Below are positions 45,194-53,831 of a DNA stretch of 64,000 nt, piece after piece. Below the pieces are notes generated by a model. The model saw only the letters and a program-made list of their open reading frames with translations, ran no database searches and had not been told where the DNA came from. The first letter of the stretch is position 1, and every line of letters starts with the position of its first letter. This DNA is from an uncultured Actinomycetes bacterium (lineage in GTDB: Bacteria > Actinomycetota > Thermoleophilia > Gaiellales > Gaiellaceae), in the NCBI GenBank assembly GCA_963750595.1, contig CAVVRG010000007.1, forward strand, positions 84,182 through 148,181, read 5' to 3'. Position numbers and translations under genes: made by a program.

Positions 45194-45973
45194 ATGGGCA
45201 GGCTCGACGGGAAGGTGTGCGTCATCACCGGCGCCGGAGGCGGGATGGGGCGCGAAGCGGCGATCGTCTTCGCGGCCGAGGGAGCGAGCGTCTGCGTCGC
45301 CGACGTCGAGGCCGAGCTCGCGCAGGAGACCGTCGGGCTGTGCTCCGGCGAGGCGCTCGCGCAGCGCGTGAACGTGGCCGACGAGCAGGACGTCGAGCGC
45401 CTGTACGCCGCGACTGCAGAGCGCTTCGGCGGGGTCGACGTCCTCTACAACAACGCCGGGATCTCGCCGGCCGACGACGCCTCGGTGCTCGACACGTCGG
45501 AGGAGGCGTGGCAGCGCGTCCAGGACGTGAACGCAAAGGGTGTCTTCCTCTGCTGCAAGCACGGCATCCCCTACCTCCTGGGGCGCGGCGGCGGCTCCGT
45601 GATCAACGTCGCGTCCTTCGTCGCCATCCTCGGCGCGGCGACGTCGCAGATCTCGTACACGGCGTCGAAGGGCGCCGTCCTCGCGATGAGCAGGGAGCTC
45701 GGCGTCCAGTTCGCGCGGCAGGGAGTTCGGGTGAACGCGCTCTGCCCGGGGCCGGTGGAGACGCCGCTCCTGCTCGCGATCTACGGGGACGATCCGGCTG
45801 CGTTCGCGCGGCGCCAGGTGCACTGGCCCACGGGACGGCTGGGGAAGCCGCGCGAGATCGTCGACGCCGCGCTCTTCCTCGCCAGCGACGAGTCGTCGTT
45901 CGTGAACGGTGCGACGTTCGTCGTGGACGGCGGGCTCACCGCCGCTTACGTGACCCCCGAGCAGTCGAGGTGA
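45194..45973 (+). CDS. SDR-family oxidoreductase
   Basis: 'ITGAGGGMG', 'NNAG' and 'YTASK' motifs. Confidence 0.9.
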   Translation: MGRLDGKVCVITGAGGGMGREAAIVFAAEGASVCVADVEAELAQETVGLCSGEALAQRVNVADEQDVERLYAATAERFGGVDVLYNNAGISPADDASVLDTSEEAWQRVQDVNAKGVFLCCKHGIPYLLGRGGGSVINVASFVAILGAATSQISYTASKGAVLAMSRELGVQFARQGVRVNALCPGPVETPLLLAIYGDDPAAFARRQVHWPTGRLGKPREIVDAALFLASDESSFVNGATFVVDGGLTAAYVTPEQSR

Positions 45974-46087
45974 TTGTCCCCATAGGGACGTCAACCGCTT
46001 GAATGGTGACTGTCCTTGTAGGGACCCTCGCCGGTCTGAGAGTGGTGACTGTCACCGAAGGTGACTGTCACCGGCTTTTCCGGTGAC
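45969..46087. repeat. array of GGTGA(C/T)TGTC(ACC) repeats ending in a GTCACCGG-CTTTT-CCGGTGAC hairpin
   Basis: Copies start at 45969, 46005, 46044 and 46060; the last two are the perfect palindrome GGTGACTGTCACC. The hairpin is at 46067-46087, between two convergent gene ends. Confidence 0.6.
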
Positions 46088-46540
46088 CTACACCCCCACG
46101 ACCTGAACGGTCCAGCGCCGATCGCGCTCGCGGTCGAGCTCCATGAAGAGGATGCGCTGCCACTGGCCGAGCTGGAGCTCTCCGCCGCGGACCGGGATGG
46201 ACTCGCCGGCGGGGCCGAGGAGCATCGACATGCAGTGCGCGTGGCCGTTGCCCACATCCATGTCCTCCTCGCAGACGTTCTCCGTCCGGCGGTCCCAGTC
46301 GTCGTGCGCGTAGTAGTGCTCGGACGGGACGAGGCGCTTGAGCAGCACCGCGAAGTCCTCGAGGAACCCCCGCTCCCACTCGTTCACGCGGACCTGACAG
46401 GTCGTGTGCGGCGAGTAGATGCAGCAGATGCCGTCGCTGATCCCGCTCTGGCTCACTGCATCCTGGACCTCGTCCGTGATGTCGGTGACGGTCAGCCCGC
46501 CCGCCGTTCGCAGGTGCGCCTCGTACTGGTACGTCTTCAC
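46088..46540 (-). CDS. YjbQ/UPF0047-family (secondary thiamine-phosphate synthase-like) protein
   Basis: 'HTTCQVRVNE…' and 'NGHAHCMSMLLGPAGESIPV…LQLGQWQRILFMELD' are family hallmarks. Confidence 0.85.
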   Translation of the reverse strand: MKTYQYEAHLRTAGGLTVTDITDEVQDAVSQSGISDGICCIYSPHTTCQVRVNEWERGFLEDFAVLLKRLVPSEHYYAHDDWDRRTENVCEEDMDVGNGHAHCMSMLLGPAGESIPVRGGELQLGQWQRILFMELDRERDRRWTVQVVGV

Positions 46541-46607
46541 GCGCCACCATTCTGTCAGCAGCGGTCGCGCTCGGCTCGCCGGAACCGTCGGTTACGCTCG
46601 AGGCGGC

Positions 46608-46681
46608 GGGCCCGTAGCTCAGCTGGTCAGAGCAGCCGACTCATAATCGGTTGGTCCCTGGTTCGAGTCCAGGCGGGCCCA
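46608..46681 (+). tRNA. tRNA with CAU anticodon (elongator Met or lysidine-modified Ile2; overall closer to the Ile2 type); CCA not encoded
   Basis: Cloverleaf: GGGCCCG/CGGGCCC acceptor, GCTC/GAGC D stem, GCCGA-CTCATAA-TCGGT anticodon arm, CCTGG-TTCGAGT-CCAGG T arm. Confidence 0.9.
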
Positions 46682-46786
46682 TCGCATGTCACGAGCCTGC
46701 GCGGAAGTCCGCATGTCTATGCGAGTCGCTTGTGAACGAGACGGAAGAGCTCGCTCGGTGCCTACCTCGGTATGTCCCCGCACTTG

Positions 46787-47068
46787 TTACGTCCTAACTG
46801 GGCGCGCACCTCGCCTGTCGGCAATGAAGCGGTAGATGGCAAGCAGGATGACCGCTCCGACAATCGCCGTGAGCCACGACGAGATGTCGAAGAACTCATC
46901 GAGCGGGTCAGCGCCGAAGAGGGCACCCGCTAGAAAGCCTCCGAGCAGCGCTCCGGCAACGCCGATGAGCGTCGTGACGATCCAGCCGCCCGGGTCATCG
47001 CCGGGCATCAGAGCTTTGGCAATGGCACCAGCGAGCAGGCCGAGAATGATGAACGCAATGATTCCCAT
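46787..47068 (-). CDS. GlsB/YeaQ/YmgE-family stress-response membrane protein
   Basis: 'MGIIAFIILGLLAGAIAKALMPGDDPGG…TLIGVAGALLGGFL'. Confidence 0.8.
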   Translation of the reverse strand: MGIIAFIILGLLAGAIAKALMPGDDPGGWIVTTLIGVAGALLGGFLAGALFGADPLDEFFDISSWLTAIVGAVILLAIYRFIADRRGARPVRT

Positions 47069-47229
47069 GGCTTCTCCCTTGTCGAGTCGTTCCACATCGT
47101 TCCCCTTGCAGGGGGCGACTCAAACCGGCGGATGGCTACCGACCCGCGCATGGACAGTTCGTCCAGGTACGCGTAAGGTCGAGTGCCCACGTCTGTGCGG
47201 AAGCGCTGGAATCAGATGTTGCAAACGGC

Positions 47230-47628
47230 ATGACCGACCGCGAGGACTTCCTGGCGTGGGTGAAGACGACGCTGTACGAAGCGGAGCTCGCGCTGCACAA
47301 CGGCGACGCGGCTCCACGCCGGGCACTCTGGTCGCGCAACGAGCCCGTGAGTGTCCTCGGCGCGTGGCGCAATGCCAGAGGGCAGGAGGAGCTGGACGAA
47401 CTCTTCGCTGCCCTCGGGAGGAGCTTCTCCGACTGCACGGCATACGCGTTCGAGCTGCACGCGTATGACGTGGTAGGCGACATGGCGTATACCGCCGGCC
47501 TCGAACACACGTCGGCCTCCGTCGACGGTCAGCCGCGCAGCTATACCTTGCGGGCCACGCAGGTGTACCGCCGGGAGGGTGGCGAGTGGAAGGTGGCCCA
47601 TCGCCATGGCGACACCGTAAGTGCCTGA
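47230..47628 (+). CDS. SnoaL/NTF2-like (DUF4440-type) protein
   Basis: 132 aa ending in '…MAYTAGLEHTSASVDGQPRSYTLRATQVYRREGGEWKVAHRHGD', typical of the NTF2-like fold. Confidence 0.7.
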   Translation: MTDREDFLAWVKTTLYEAELALHNGDAAPRRALWSRNEPVSVLGAWRNARGQEELDELFAALGRSFSDCTAYAFELHAYDVVGDMAYTAGLEHTSASVDGQPRSYTLRATQVYRREGGEWKVAHRHGDTVSA

Positions 47629-47871
47629 CGCAGCGCCGTGGTGTTCAGCGGCGACGTCGGAGCGCCGCACGTAGACCGTCCGCAGCCCCTCGATCTGCAC
47701 CACCGGAAGCCGACGCATGATCGCCTCAGCAGCCGCCCGAGTGACGCCGAGCTCTGAACGTAGGGCCTTCGCGTCGAGGAGCTCGGGCAGACGCTCGTTC
47801 AGCACGCGGTCGGTCACCATCAAGTGCCATAGTCCTGTGGTGACGACAAAGACCTTCAGCGTCTCGCTCAC
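47629..47871 (-). CDS. possible excisionase/MerR-like HTH protein (3' end uncertain; the ORF reads on antisense into the SnoaL-like gene)
   Basis: 'LLDAKALRSELGVTRAAAEAIMRRLPVVQIEGLRTVYVRRSDV' resembles Xis-type HTH proteins. Confidence 0.35.
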
Positions 47872-48216
47872 CTCGAGTGATCCGTCGCACGCGGTCGACC
47901 GCTTCTACAAGCTCCAGGCGGAGCGTGTTCCGCGGGTGGGCGAGGTCATCGAGATCGTTCGCTTCCTCCGTGGCCGCGTGATCCGCGCTCGTGTAACCCG
48001 CATCGACCCCTACACCGACCCGCCACAAATCGCGGCGACGCAGATCGAATAGCGCCGGGGCGCGGAGGAGCCGCTCGAGCTCCGCGTCGTGCTGCTTCGA
48101 CGGGCACGAGTGGCGGGTGCGCGAGGGGCTCGTTTGACCTCGGCCGACTGCGGGCTGTCGGGTGACGGACCGGTACGCCGGATTCGCAAGATCCGGCAAG
48201 TAGACTCCGGCAAAAG

Positions 48217-48483
48217 GTGACGACTCGAGAGGACATCGCCAGTGTCGCCGAGCAGTTAGCTGAGCTCACTCGCACGGTCGAGGCGATGGCGGAAGATCTC
48301 AAGGCGATGACCGAGCGCGCTGATCGCCAACAAGCGCGCGCCGACAGCCAGCAAGACCTCGTTGACCACCAGCAAGAGCGTGCGCAGTCGCAGCAAGAGC
48401 GCATTGACCTGGCTGCGCGAGAACTGGCCGACGTCAGTGATCGTCTGCAAGCCGCGGCGAACGCGCTTCGAGATTCGGTCTGA
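48217..48483 (+). CDS. small coiled-coil hypothetical protein (Gln-rich heptads)
   Basis: 88 aa with 'QQ…QQ…QQ…QQ' periodicity. No family recognised. Confidence 0.45.
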   Translation: MTTREDIASVAEQLAELTRTVEAMAEDLKAMTERADRQQARADSQQDLVDHQQERAQSQQERIDLAARELADVSDRLQAAANALRDSV

Positions 48484-48743
48484 CCGTCTCGGAAGTACCT
48501 ACGACGGCAATGAGCGCGGCTGCACGCACGCCTGCGATGCTCTCACGGCGCCTCTGCGCTCTACAGCAGCCTTCGCGGCGAGTCTTGCGACCTGCTCGAG
48601 TGACAACTCAGCACTGGCTACCGGGAATGCCGCGGAGTGCGCCGTCATACTGAGCCGATGATGCGTGTGGCAATCGCGCCGGCCGGCGCTCCTGCCCTGA
48701 TGCGGGCGGCCGAGACTGTGGCGCCGTCTCCGTCGGAGTAGGC

Positions 48744-49022
48744 GTGTTCGACGCGGCTTTCTTCTTCGGCACGGACTTCGTCGAGACCGTCCGGGAGTTC
48801 AGCCGGGACCACGAGGACATGAATCTGCGCCTCGAGGTGGTGACGCTCAACGGGGACCGGCTCGACACGTTGCGCCTCACGGCCGTCGAGAGCGGGGCGA
48901 GGCTGGCCACACGCGACGAGCGCCTCGTCTTTCTGCCGTACTCGCACATCGTGTACATCGACGTCTCGCTCTTGCAGGATCACCGCATCGCCGGTTTCCA
49001 GCTCTCGACGAAGTCGGAGTAG
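48744..49022 (+). CDS. small hypothetical protein
   Basis: 92 aa with balanced composition. The antisense ORFs over this region are Arg-rich. Confidence 0.45.
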   Translation: MFDAAFFFGTDFVETVREFSRDHEDMNLRLEVVTLNGDRLDTLRLTAVESGARLATRDERLVFLPYSHIVYIDVSLLQDHRIAGFQLSTKSE

Positions 49023-49452
49023 ATCCGGCGCAAGTTTTCGGTACTGCGCGCGTCGTACTCGGAGGGGGGAGGTGGGCCGGGCGGAGCGGCGGCGCTATCG
49101 CGGTGCAGCGGCCGCTTCGCCCGGTTTAGCCCCTGGCCATGGCGACAGTCGGCTCCTGTTCGTGAACGAGAGCGAGAACGGCCAGGCCGGAACCCATCCT
49201 CGCCCCAGGGGAGGGGGGAAGAACGAGGACGCCAGAGACCGACCCGGCCGCGCATCTGGCTTCGGCACCCGGCGGATGCCTCCTCTGTGCTCCCAGTCGA
49301 CATGAGCGCGCGACCACCCCGCGGCGCGCGAGGTCGGAATCAACCAGGCGGGGTACAGCCAATCACCCGCTCTCTGGATAAGGATCGCACCGACCGAGGG
49401 GAATCGCCCGCGGACTTGCCGCCATCTCGGGCCTGACAGGTGAGGAGGTCCC

Positions 49453-49881
49453 ATGAAGGCAGCAAGGCTGTTCTTCGCAGCGGTCGTCGTCGCAGCGATC
49501 GCGGTAGGGACTGCGGCGGCAGGAGCGGACAAGTTCGAGCTTCTCGGCCCGGACGGGAATGCGTTGTGCGATGGCTCCGGCGTGATCACCGGCGCTCCGG
49601 GTGGCTTCGGGTTCGCCGTCATCAACGCCTCGGCCGACGGCAGCGTCTCGGCCGCGGTCTCGCTGAAGAAGCAGACGCCGAACACGACGTACGTCGTCCG
49701 GCTCGTCCAGGGCGTCGCGGACTGCTCCACGGTGGACGCCGAGATGACGACCAACGGGAAGGGCAACGCGACCGTTCACGTCTCGGAGCCGAGCGTCAGC
49801 TCGCACGCCCTCGTCGCCGTCGACGAGGGCTCGCTCACCACGGGCGACGACGAGTTCGTGACGGAGACGTACAACCACTGA
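49453..49881 (+). CDS. secreted hypothetical protein
   Basis: Signal peptide 'FFAAVVVAAIAVGTAAAGA' and a GAGGAGG RBS. Confidence 0.6.
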   Translation: MKAARLFFAAVVVAAIAVGTAAAGADKFELLGPDGNALCDGSGVITGAPGGFGFAVINASADGSVSAAVSLKKQTPNTTYVVRLVQGVADCSTVDAEMTTNGKGNATVHVSEPSVSSHALVAVDEGSLTTGDDEFVTETYNH

Positions 49882-49991
49882 CGTCCACCCCGATCGAGAG
49901 CGTCCGCCCGGGCCTCGGGCGGGCGCTCCCCGTCGCGAGCTTCGCGCCACGGCGCCTCGACCGAGCCGCTGCGGCGTGCGAACATACGTTC

Positions 49992-50255
49992 GTGACGTCC
50001 GAGCCGACCGCGCAGGCCCGGTTCCGCCGCGCGATAGAGCGCCGTGCCCTGTGGATGGCGGAAGACGCCGCGCGCGAGCTTCCGAACCTGTCGCTCGGGG
50101 ACGCGCTGCAGCTCGTGCGTCTCTATGCCGAGCGCGGCTCTCCGAAGTACGAGAAGGCCGCACTCCGCTGGCTCGAGCGGTACCTCACCGAGGGGGACCC
50201 GAGCCTCGAGCGCGTCGCCGAGGTCGCCGTCGCGCTGTCGAGAAGGGCGCACTGA
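49992..50255 (+). CDS. small helical hypothetical protein
   Basis: 87-aa ORF from a GTG start. No family recognised. Confidence 0.4.
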   Translation: MTSEPTAQARFRRAIERRALWMAEDAARELPNLSLGDALQLVRLYAERGSPKYEKAALRWLERYLTEGDPSLERVAEVAVALSRRAH

Positions 50256-50308
50256 CGACCCGAGCGCGACCGGGCGGGCGCGCCCGCGCCCGCGTGTAGC
50301 GTGGCGGC

Positions 50309-51349
50309 GTGGCCGAGCGCGTCCTCTCGCTGCGCGAGCTGAATCGCGCGACGCTCGCGCGCCAGGTCCTGCTCGAGCGGCGGCGGCTCTCGCCGAGGGC
50401 GGTGGTCGAGCGCCTGGTCGGGATGCAGGCGCAGTCGCCGTCGGCTCCGTACGTGGGCATCTGGGCGCGGACGACGAGCTTCCGGCGGGAGTCGCTCGAA
50501 CGCGAGCTCGCGCGAGGGGACGTCGTCAGGGCGACCATGATCCGGCAGACGCTCCATCTCGTCACGCGGCGCGACTACGCGCTCGTCCGTGCCGCCATGA
50601 GCGAGACGAACGTCCCGTGGGAGTCGTCCCAGGCGAAGCGACTCGCGCCCGGTGTTCGTGCGCTCGCCGCCTCGGGCCCGGTCACGACGGAGGATGCGCT
50701 CGCACATCTCGAGCGCGAGCACGGCCTCACCGGGCTCGCCGCGCGCCGCGCCTGGCGCGCTGCTCGCGTCAAAGCACATCTGGTGCACCACGCTGAGGCG
50801 GCGCTCTGGCGTGCGGGGCCGGAAAGACGGTTCGTCGCGCTCGACGAGCCCGAGCCGCACGACCCCGCCGAGGCCCGTGCCGAGCTCGTGGGCCGCTATC
50901 TCGCCGCGTTCGGGCCTGCGACGCGGCGTGACATCGGCGCCTGGAGCATGATGCACGTCCCCGAGATCGACCGTGCCCTGGAGCGCCTCGAGCCGCTCCG
51001 TCGCTTCCGCGACGAGCAGGGACGCGAGCTCCTCGACCTCCGGCGGGCGCCGCTGCCGGGCGCCGAGGTGCTGGCGCCCGTCCGCTTCCTGCCGAAGTGG
51101 GACAACGTGCTGCTCGCCTGGACGGATCGGACGCGCGTGCTTCCCGAGGAGCACAGGAAGAAGGTGATCCGCATGAACGGCGACGTCGCCCAGACGTTCC
51201 TGGTCGACGGGCTCGTCGCCGGCACCTGGAGCGTGGAGGACGGACGCGTCGCGATCGAGCCTCTTGCGCCGCTGCCACGCTCGGCCGGCGGCGAGCTCGA
51301 GCACGAGAGGAGCCGTCTGGAGACGTTCCTGGCAGACTCGTCCGCATGA
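50309..51349 (+). CDS. winged-helix DNA-binding protein of the AlkZ/YcaQ interstrand-crosslink glycosylase family (DUF1006)
   Basis: 'LNRATLARQ…VERLVGMQAQ' N-terminus (Q-phi-Q motif) and 'FLPKWDNVLLAW' near the C-terminus. Confidence 0.75.
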   Translation: MAERVLSLRELNRATLARQVLLERRRLSPRAVVERLVGMQAQSPSAPYVGIWARTTSFRRESLERELARGDVVRATMIRQTLHLVTRRDYALVRAAMSETNVPWESSQAKRLAPGVRALAASGPVTTEDALAHLEREHGLTGLAARRAWRAARVKAHLVHHAEAALWRAGPERRFVALDEPEPHDPAEARAELVGRYLAAFGPATRRDIGAWSMMHVPEIDRALERLEPLRRFRDEQGRELLDLRRAPLPGAEVLAPVRFLPKWDNVLLAWTDRTRVLPEEHRKKVIRMNGDVAQTFLVDGLVAGTWSVEDGRVAIEPLAPLPRSAGGELEHERSRLETFLADSSA

Positions 51350-51578
51350 GCTGCGAGCTCGGGCGGAGAAGGGGCCACCGACGTGCCAGAGCGCCGGTCG
51401 CGCCCCTCCCCACGTGTGGCGTACCCCGAGGGGCGCCGGGAAAACCTGGCCGCCGGCACGTCCCGGGAACAGCGGAGGACCGTCTCGCGTTGAGGCGTCT
51501 GGAGAACAGGGTGACTCGAGCGCGGGGCGGTCCCGCGCGCCCATGATGTGGGGCCCCGCGGCCCCGGAGGAGGACGAC

Positions 51579-52250
51579 ATGAGCCTGAGAATCGGCGACA
51601 CCGCACCTGACTTCACGGCCGAGACCACGGAAGGCACCATCAGGTTCCACGAGTGGATCGGCGACTCGTGGGCGGTGCTCTTCTCCCATCCGAAGGACTT
51701 CACGCCGGTGTGCACCACCGAGCTCGGCTACATGGCGAAGATCAAGCCCGAGTTCGACCGGCGGAACGTGAAGATCATGGGCCTGTCCGTCGACTCGACG
51801 GGCGACCACCAGGGGTGGGTCAAGGACATCGAGGAGACGCAGGGCTACGCGCCCAACTACCCGATCATCGGCGACGCGGGCTTCGAGGTCTCGAAGATGT
51901 ACGGGATGCTTCCCGCCGAGGTCGGCGGCGAGGCGAAGGACCGCACGGCTGCCGACAACCAGACGGTGCGCAACGTCTTCGTCGTCGGCCCCGACAAGAA
52001 GGTGAAGCTCATCCTCGTCTACCCGATGACGACCGGGCGCAACTTCGACGAGGTGCTGCGCGTGATCGACTCGCTCCAGCTCACGGCGGAGCACCGGGTC
52101 TCGACCCCGGTGAACTGGAAGCAGGGCGACGACGTCATCATCGCCGGGTCCGTCTCGAACGACGAGGCTCGCGAGATCTGGCCCGACGGCTGGGAGGAGC
52201 CGAAGCCGTACATCCGGATCGTGCAGCAGCCGGATCTGGTGAACGTCTGA
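51579..52250 (+). CDS. 1-Cys peroxiredoxin (Prx6-type)
   Basis: 'FSHPKDFTPVCTTE' peroxidatic Cys motif and a GGAGGAGGA RBS. Confidence 0.9.
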   Translation: MSLRIGDTAPDFTAETTEGTIRFHEWIGDSWAVLFSHPKDFTPVCTTELGYMAKIKPEFDRRNVKIMGLSVDSTGDHQGWVKDIEETQGYAPNYPIIGDAGFEVSKMYGMLPAEVGGEAKDRTAADNQTVRNVFVVGPDKKVKLILVYPMTTGRNFDEVLRVIDSLQLTAEHRVSTPVNWKQGDDVIIAGSVSNDEAREIWPDGWEEPKPYIRIVQQPDLVNV

Positions 52251-52298
52251 CCGCGCTCGCTTGACGCACGCCGTTCGATAGGGGAGGGTGCGCGGGGC

Positions 52299-52586
52299 AT
52301 GTGCTGCCTCGCGCTCCTGACCCTCGGCCTCGGCCCGCGAATCGCGCTGCTTGCCTGGTGGATCTTCGGCGACAAGGTCGACGTCGCGTTCGACACCTGG
52401 GTGTGGCCGTTCCTGGGGCTGCTGCTCCTCCCCTGGACGACGCTCTTCTACGTGATCGCGTGGTCGTTCCCGGAGGGTGTCGAGGGCGCCGACTGGCTGA
52501 TCGTCGCGCTCGGAGTGGCGCTCGACGTCATGACGTACAGCGCGCGCTCGGCGAAGGCGCGCTACTCCGGCTCCAGCTCGTACTAG
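52299..52586 (+). CDS. small membrane protein
   Basis: Three hydrophobic segments; 95 aa. Confidence 0.45.
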   Translation: MCCLALLTLGLGPRIALLAWWIFGDKVDVAFDTWVWPFLGLLLLPWTTLFYVIAWSFPEGVEGADWLIVALGVALDVMTYSARSAKARYSGSSSY

Positions 52587-52655
52587 GCCCGGTCGCGCGC
52601 ATGCGCCGGGTGGCCGGCTGTCCTTCGGCCGCCTTCGTGGTTACGCTCCCCTCCG

Positions 52656-53831
52656 ATGGGTGAGGCAACCCTCGAGTACGCGTCGACGCCCGAGACGCCG
52701 AGGAGGCGATTCGTTCGCATCGCCGCGTGGGTCGTCGGGATCCTCGTGCTCGTCGTCGCCCTGCGGATCGCCGGGATCGACGTCTGGGGCTGGTTCCAGC
52801 AGCTCTGGAGCGCGGTCACCGACATCTCGCTCCGCTACGTCGTGCTCGGCTGCCTCCTGCAGGGAGCTCAGACCGTGCTCACCGCGCTCGGCTGGTACGG
52901 GATCCTGCGCTACGCCTACCCGGGCGGCGTCACCTTCATGCCGGTGCTGGCGTCCTACGCGGCCGGGGTCGCGCTGAACAACTACGTGCCGGCGAACATG
53001 GGCACGTTCGTGATGCTCCTCATGTTCGTGGCCGTCGTGCAGGGATCGACATTCCCGGGCGTCCTCGCCGGCTACGTCGTGCAGAAGATCTTCTACTTCC
53101 TGATCGGAACGCTCATCTACGTCTACCTCTTCTCGCAGGTGGCGGGCTCGTTCGAGTTCCAGTTCGGGAACGAGCGCGACGCGCTCGAGAACCATCCGCT
53201 GCTCACGCTCGGGATCATCGCGGGCGGGATCTTCCTGGTCGTCCTGCTCGTGCGTGTCTTCTGGCGCTGGTTCAAGGTCATGTGGGCGAAGGCGAAGCAG
53301 GGGGCGGCGATCCTCGGCGACGTCCGCGCGTACCTGAAGTGGGTCCTGCTTCCGCAGATCGGCGGGTACGCGGCGAAGGTCGGCGTGATCGTGGTCTTCC
53401 TGGCGGCGTACGGGATCCCCGTCACGTTCGGCTCGGTGATGAGCGTGCTCGGCTCGAACCAGCTCGCCAACCTGCTCTCGTTCACGCCCGGGGGCGTCGG
53501 TGTCAACCAGGCGTTCAACACCTTCGCGCTCGACAGCTACACGGATCCAGGGACAGCGACCGCCTACTCGACGGGACAGCAGCTCATCACGACGGCCTTC
53601 AACACGGGCTTCGCGATCCTGATCATCTGCCTGGTGTTCGGCTGGAGCGGTGGCACGCAGCTCGTGAAGGAGTCCTACGGCGAGGCGAAGGTGAAGAAGG
53701 ACGAGATGAGCGAGCAGCGGCGGGGGAAGCGCGAACAGAAGCGGGCAGCGCGGGCCGAGGAGGCGCGGGGCGGCGGCGGGCTTCTCGCCGTCTTCCGGCG
53801 GGACCGCCGCGACGAGCCTCCGGAAGAGTGA
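52656..53831 (+). CDS. UPF0104 / flippase-like membrane protein with Lys/Arg/Glu-rich tail (paralogue of 27867..28928)
   Basis: Multi-TM protein with the same 'TPGGVGV' motif. Confidence 0.75.
   Translation: MGEATLEYASTPETPRRRFVRIAAWVVGILVLVVALRIAGIDVWGWFQQLWSAVTDISLRYVVLGCLLQGAQTVLTALGWYGILRYAYPGGVTFMPVLASYAAGVALNNYVPANMGTFVMLLMFVAVVQGSTFPGVLAGYVVQKIFYFLIGTLIYVYLFSQVAGSFEFQFGNERDALENHPLLTLGIIAGGIFLVVLLVRVFWRWFKVMWAKAKQGAAILGDVRAYLKWVLLPQIGGYAAKVGVIVVFLAAYGIPVTFGSVMSVLGSNQLANLLSFTPGGVGVNQAFNTFALDSYTDPGTATAYSTGQQLITTAFNTGFAILIICLVFGWSGGTQLVKESYGEAKVKKDEMSEQRRGKREQKRAARAEEARGGGGLLAVFRRDRRDEPPEE

Noticed and set aside
47717-48052. 111-aa + strand ORF diverging from the Xis-like gene (C-terminal 'GEVIEIVRFLRGRVIRARVTRIDPY…').
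   Set aside because: Its first half is antisense to the HTH ORF and looks non-coding. Only a ~40-70-aa C-terminal part might be real, and no in-frame start with an RBS is evident. It is mentioned under the islet finding instead of being called as a feature.
48499-48648. 49-codon minus-strand ORF (MTAHSAAFPVASAELSLEQVARLAAKAAVERRG…) in the gap between the coiled-coil ORF and the 92-aa ORF.
   Set aside because: It is too short, has no RBS or family signature, and cannot be supported from sequence alone.
49340-49356. Possible attR for the tRNA-CAU islet: 'CCAGGCGGG' matches 9 nt of the tRNA 3' end.
   Set aside because: Nine GC-rich nucleotides are expected by chance in this genome, and the flanking bases do not extend the match.
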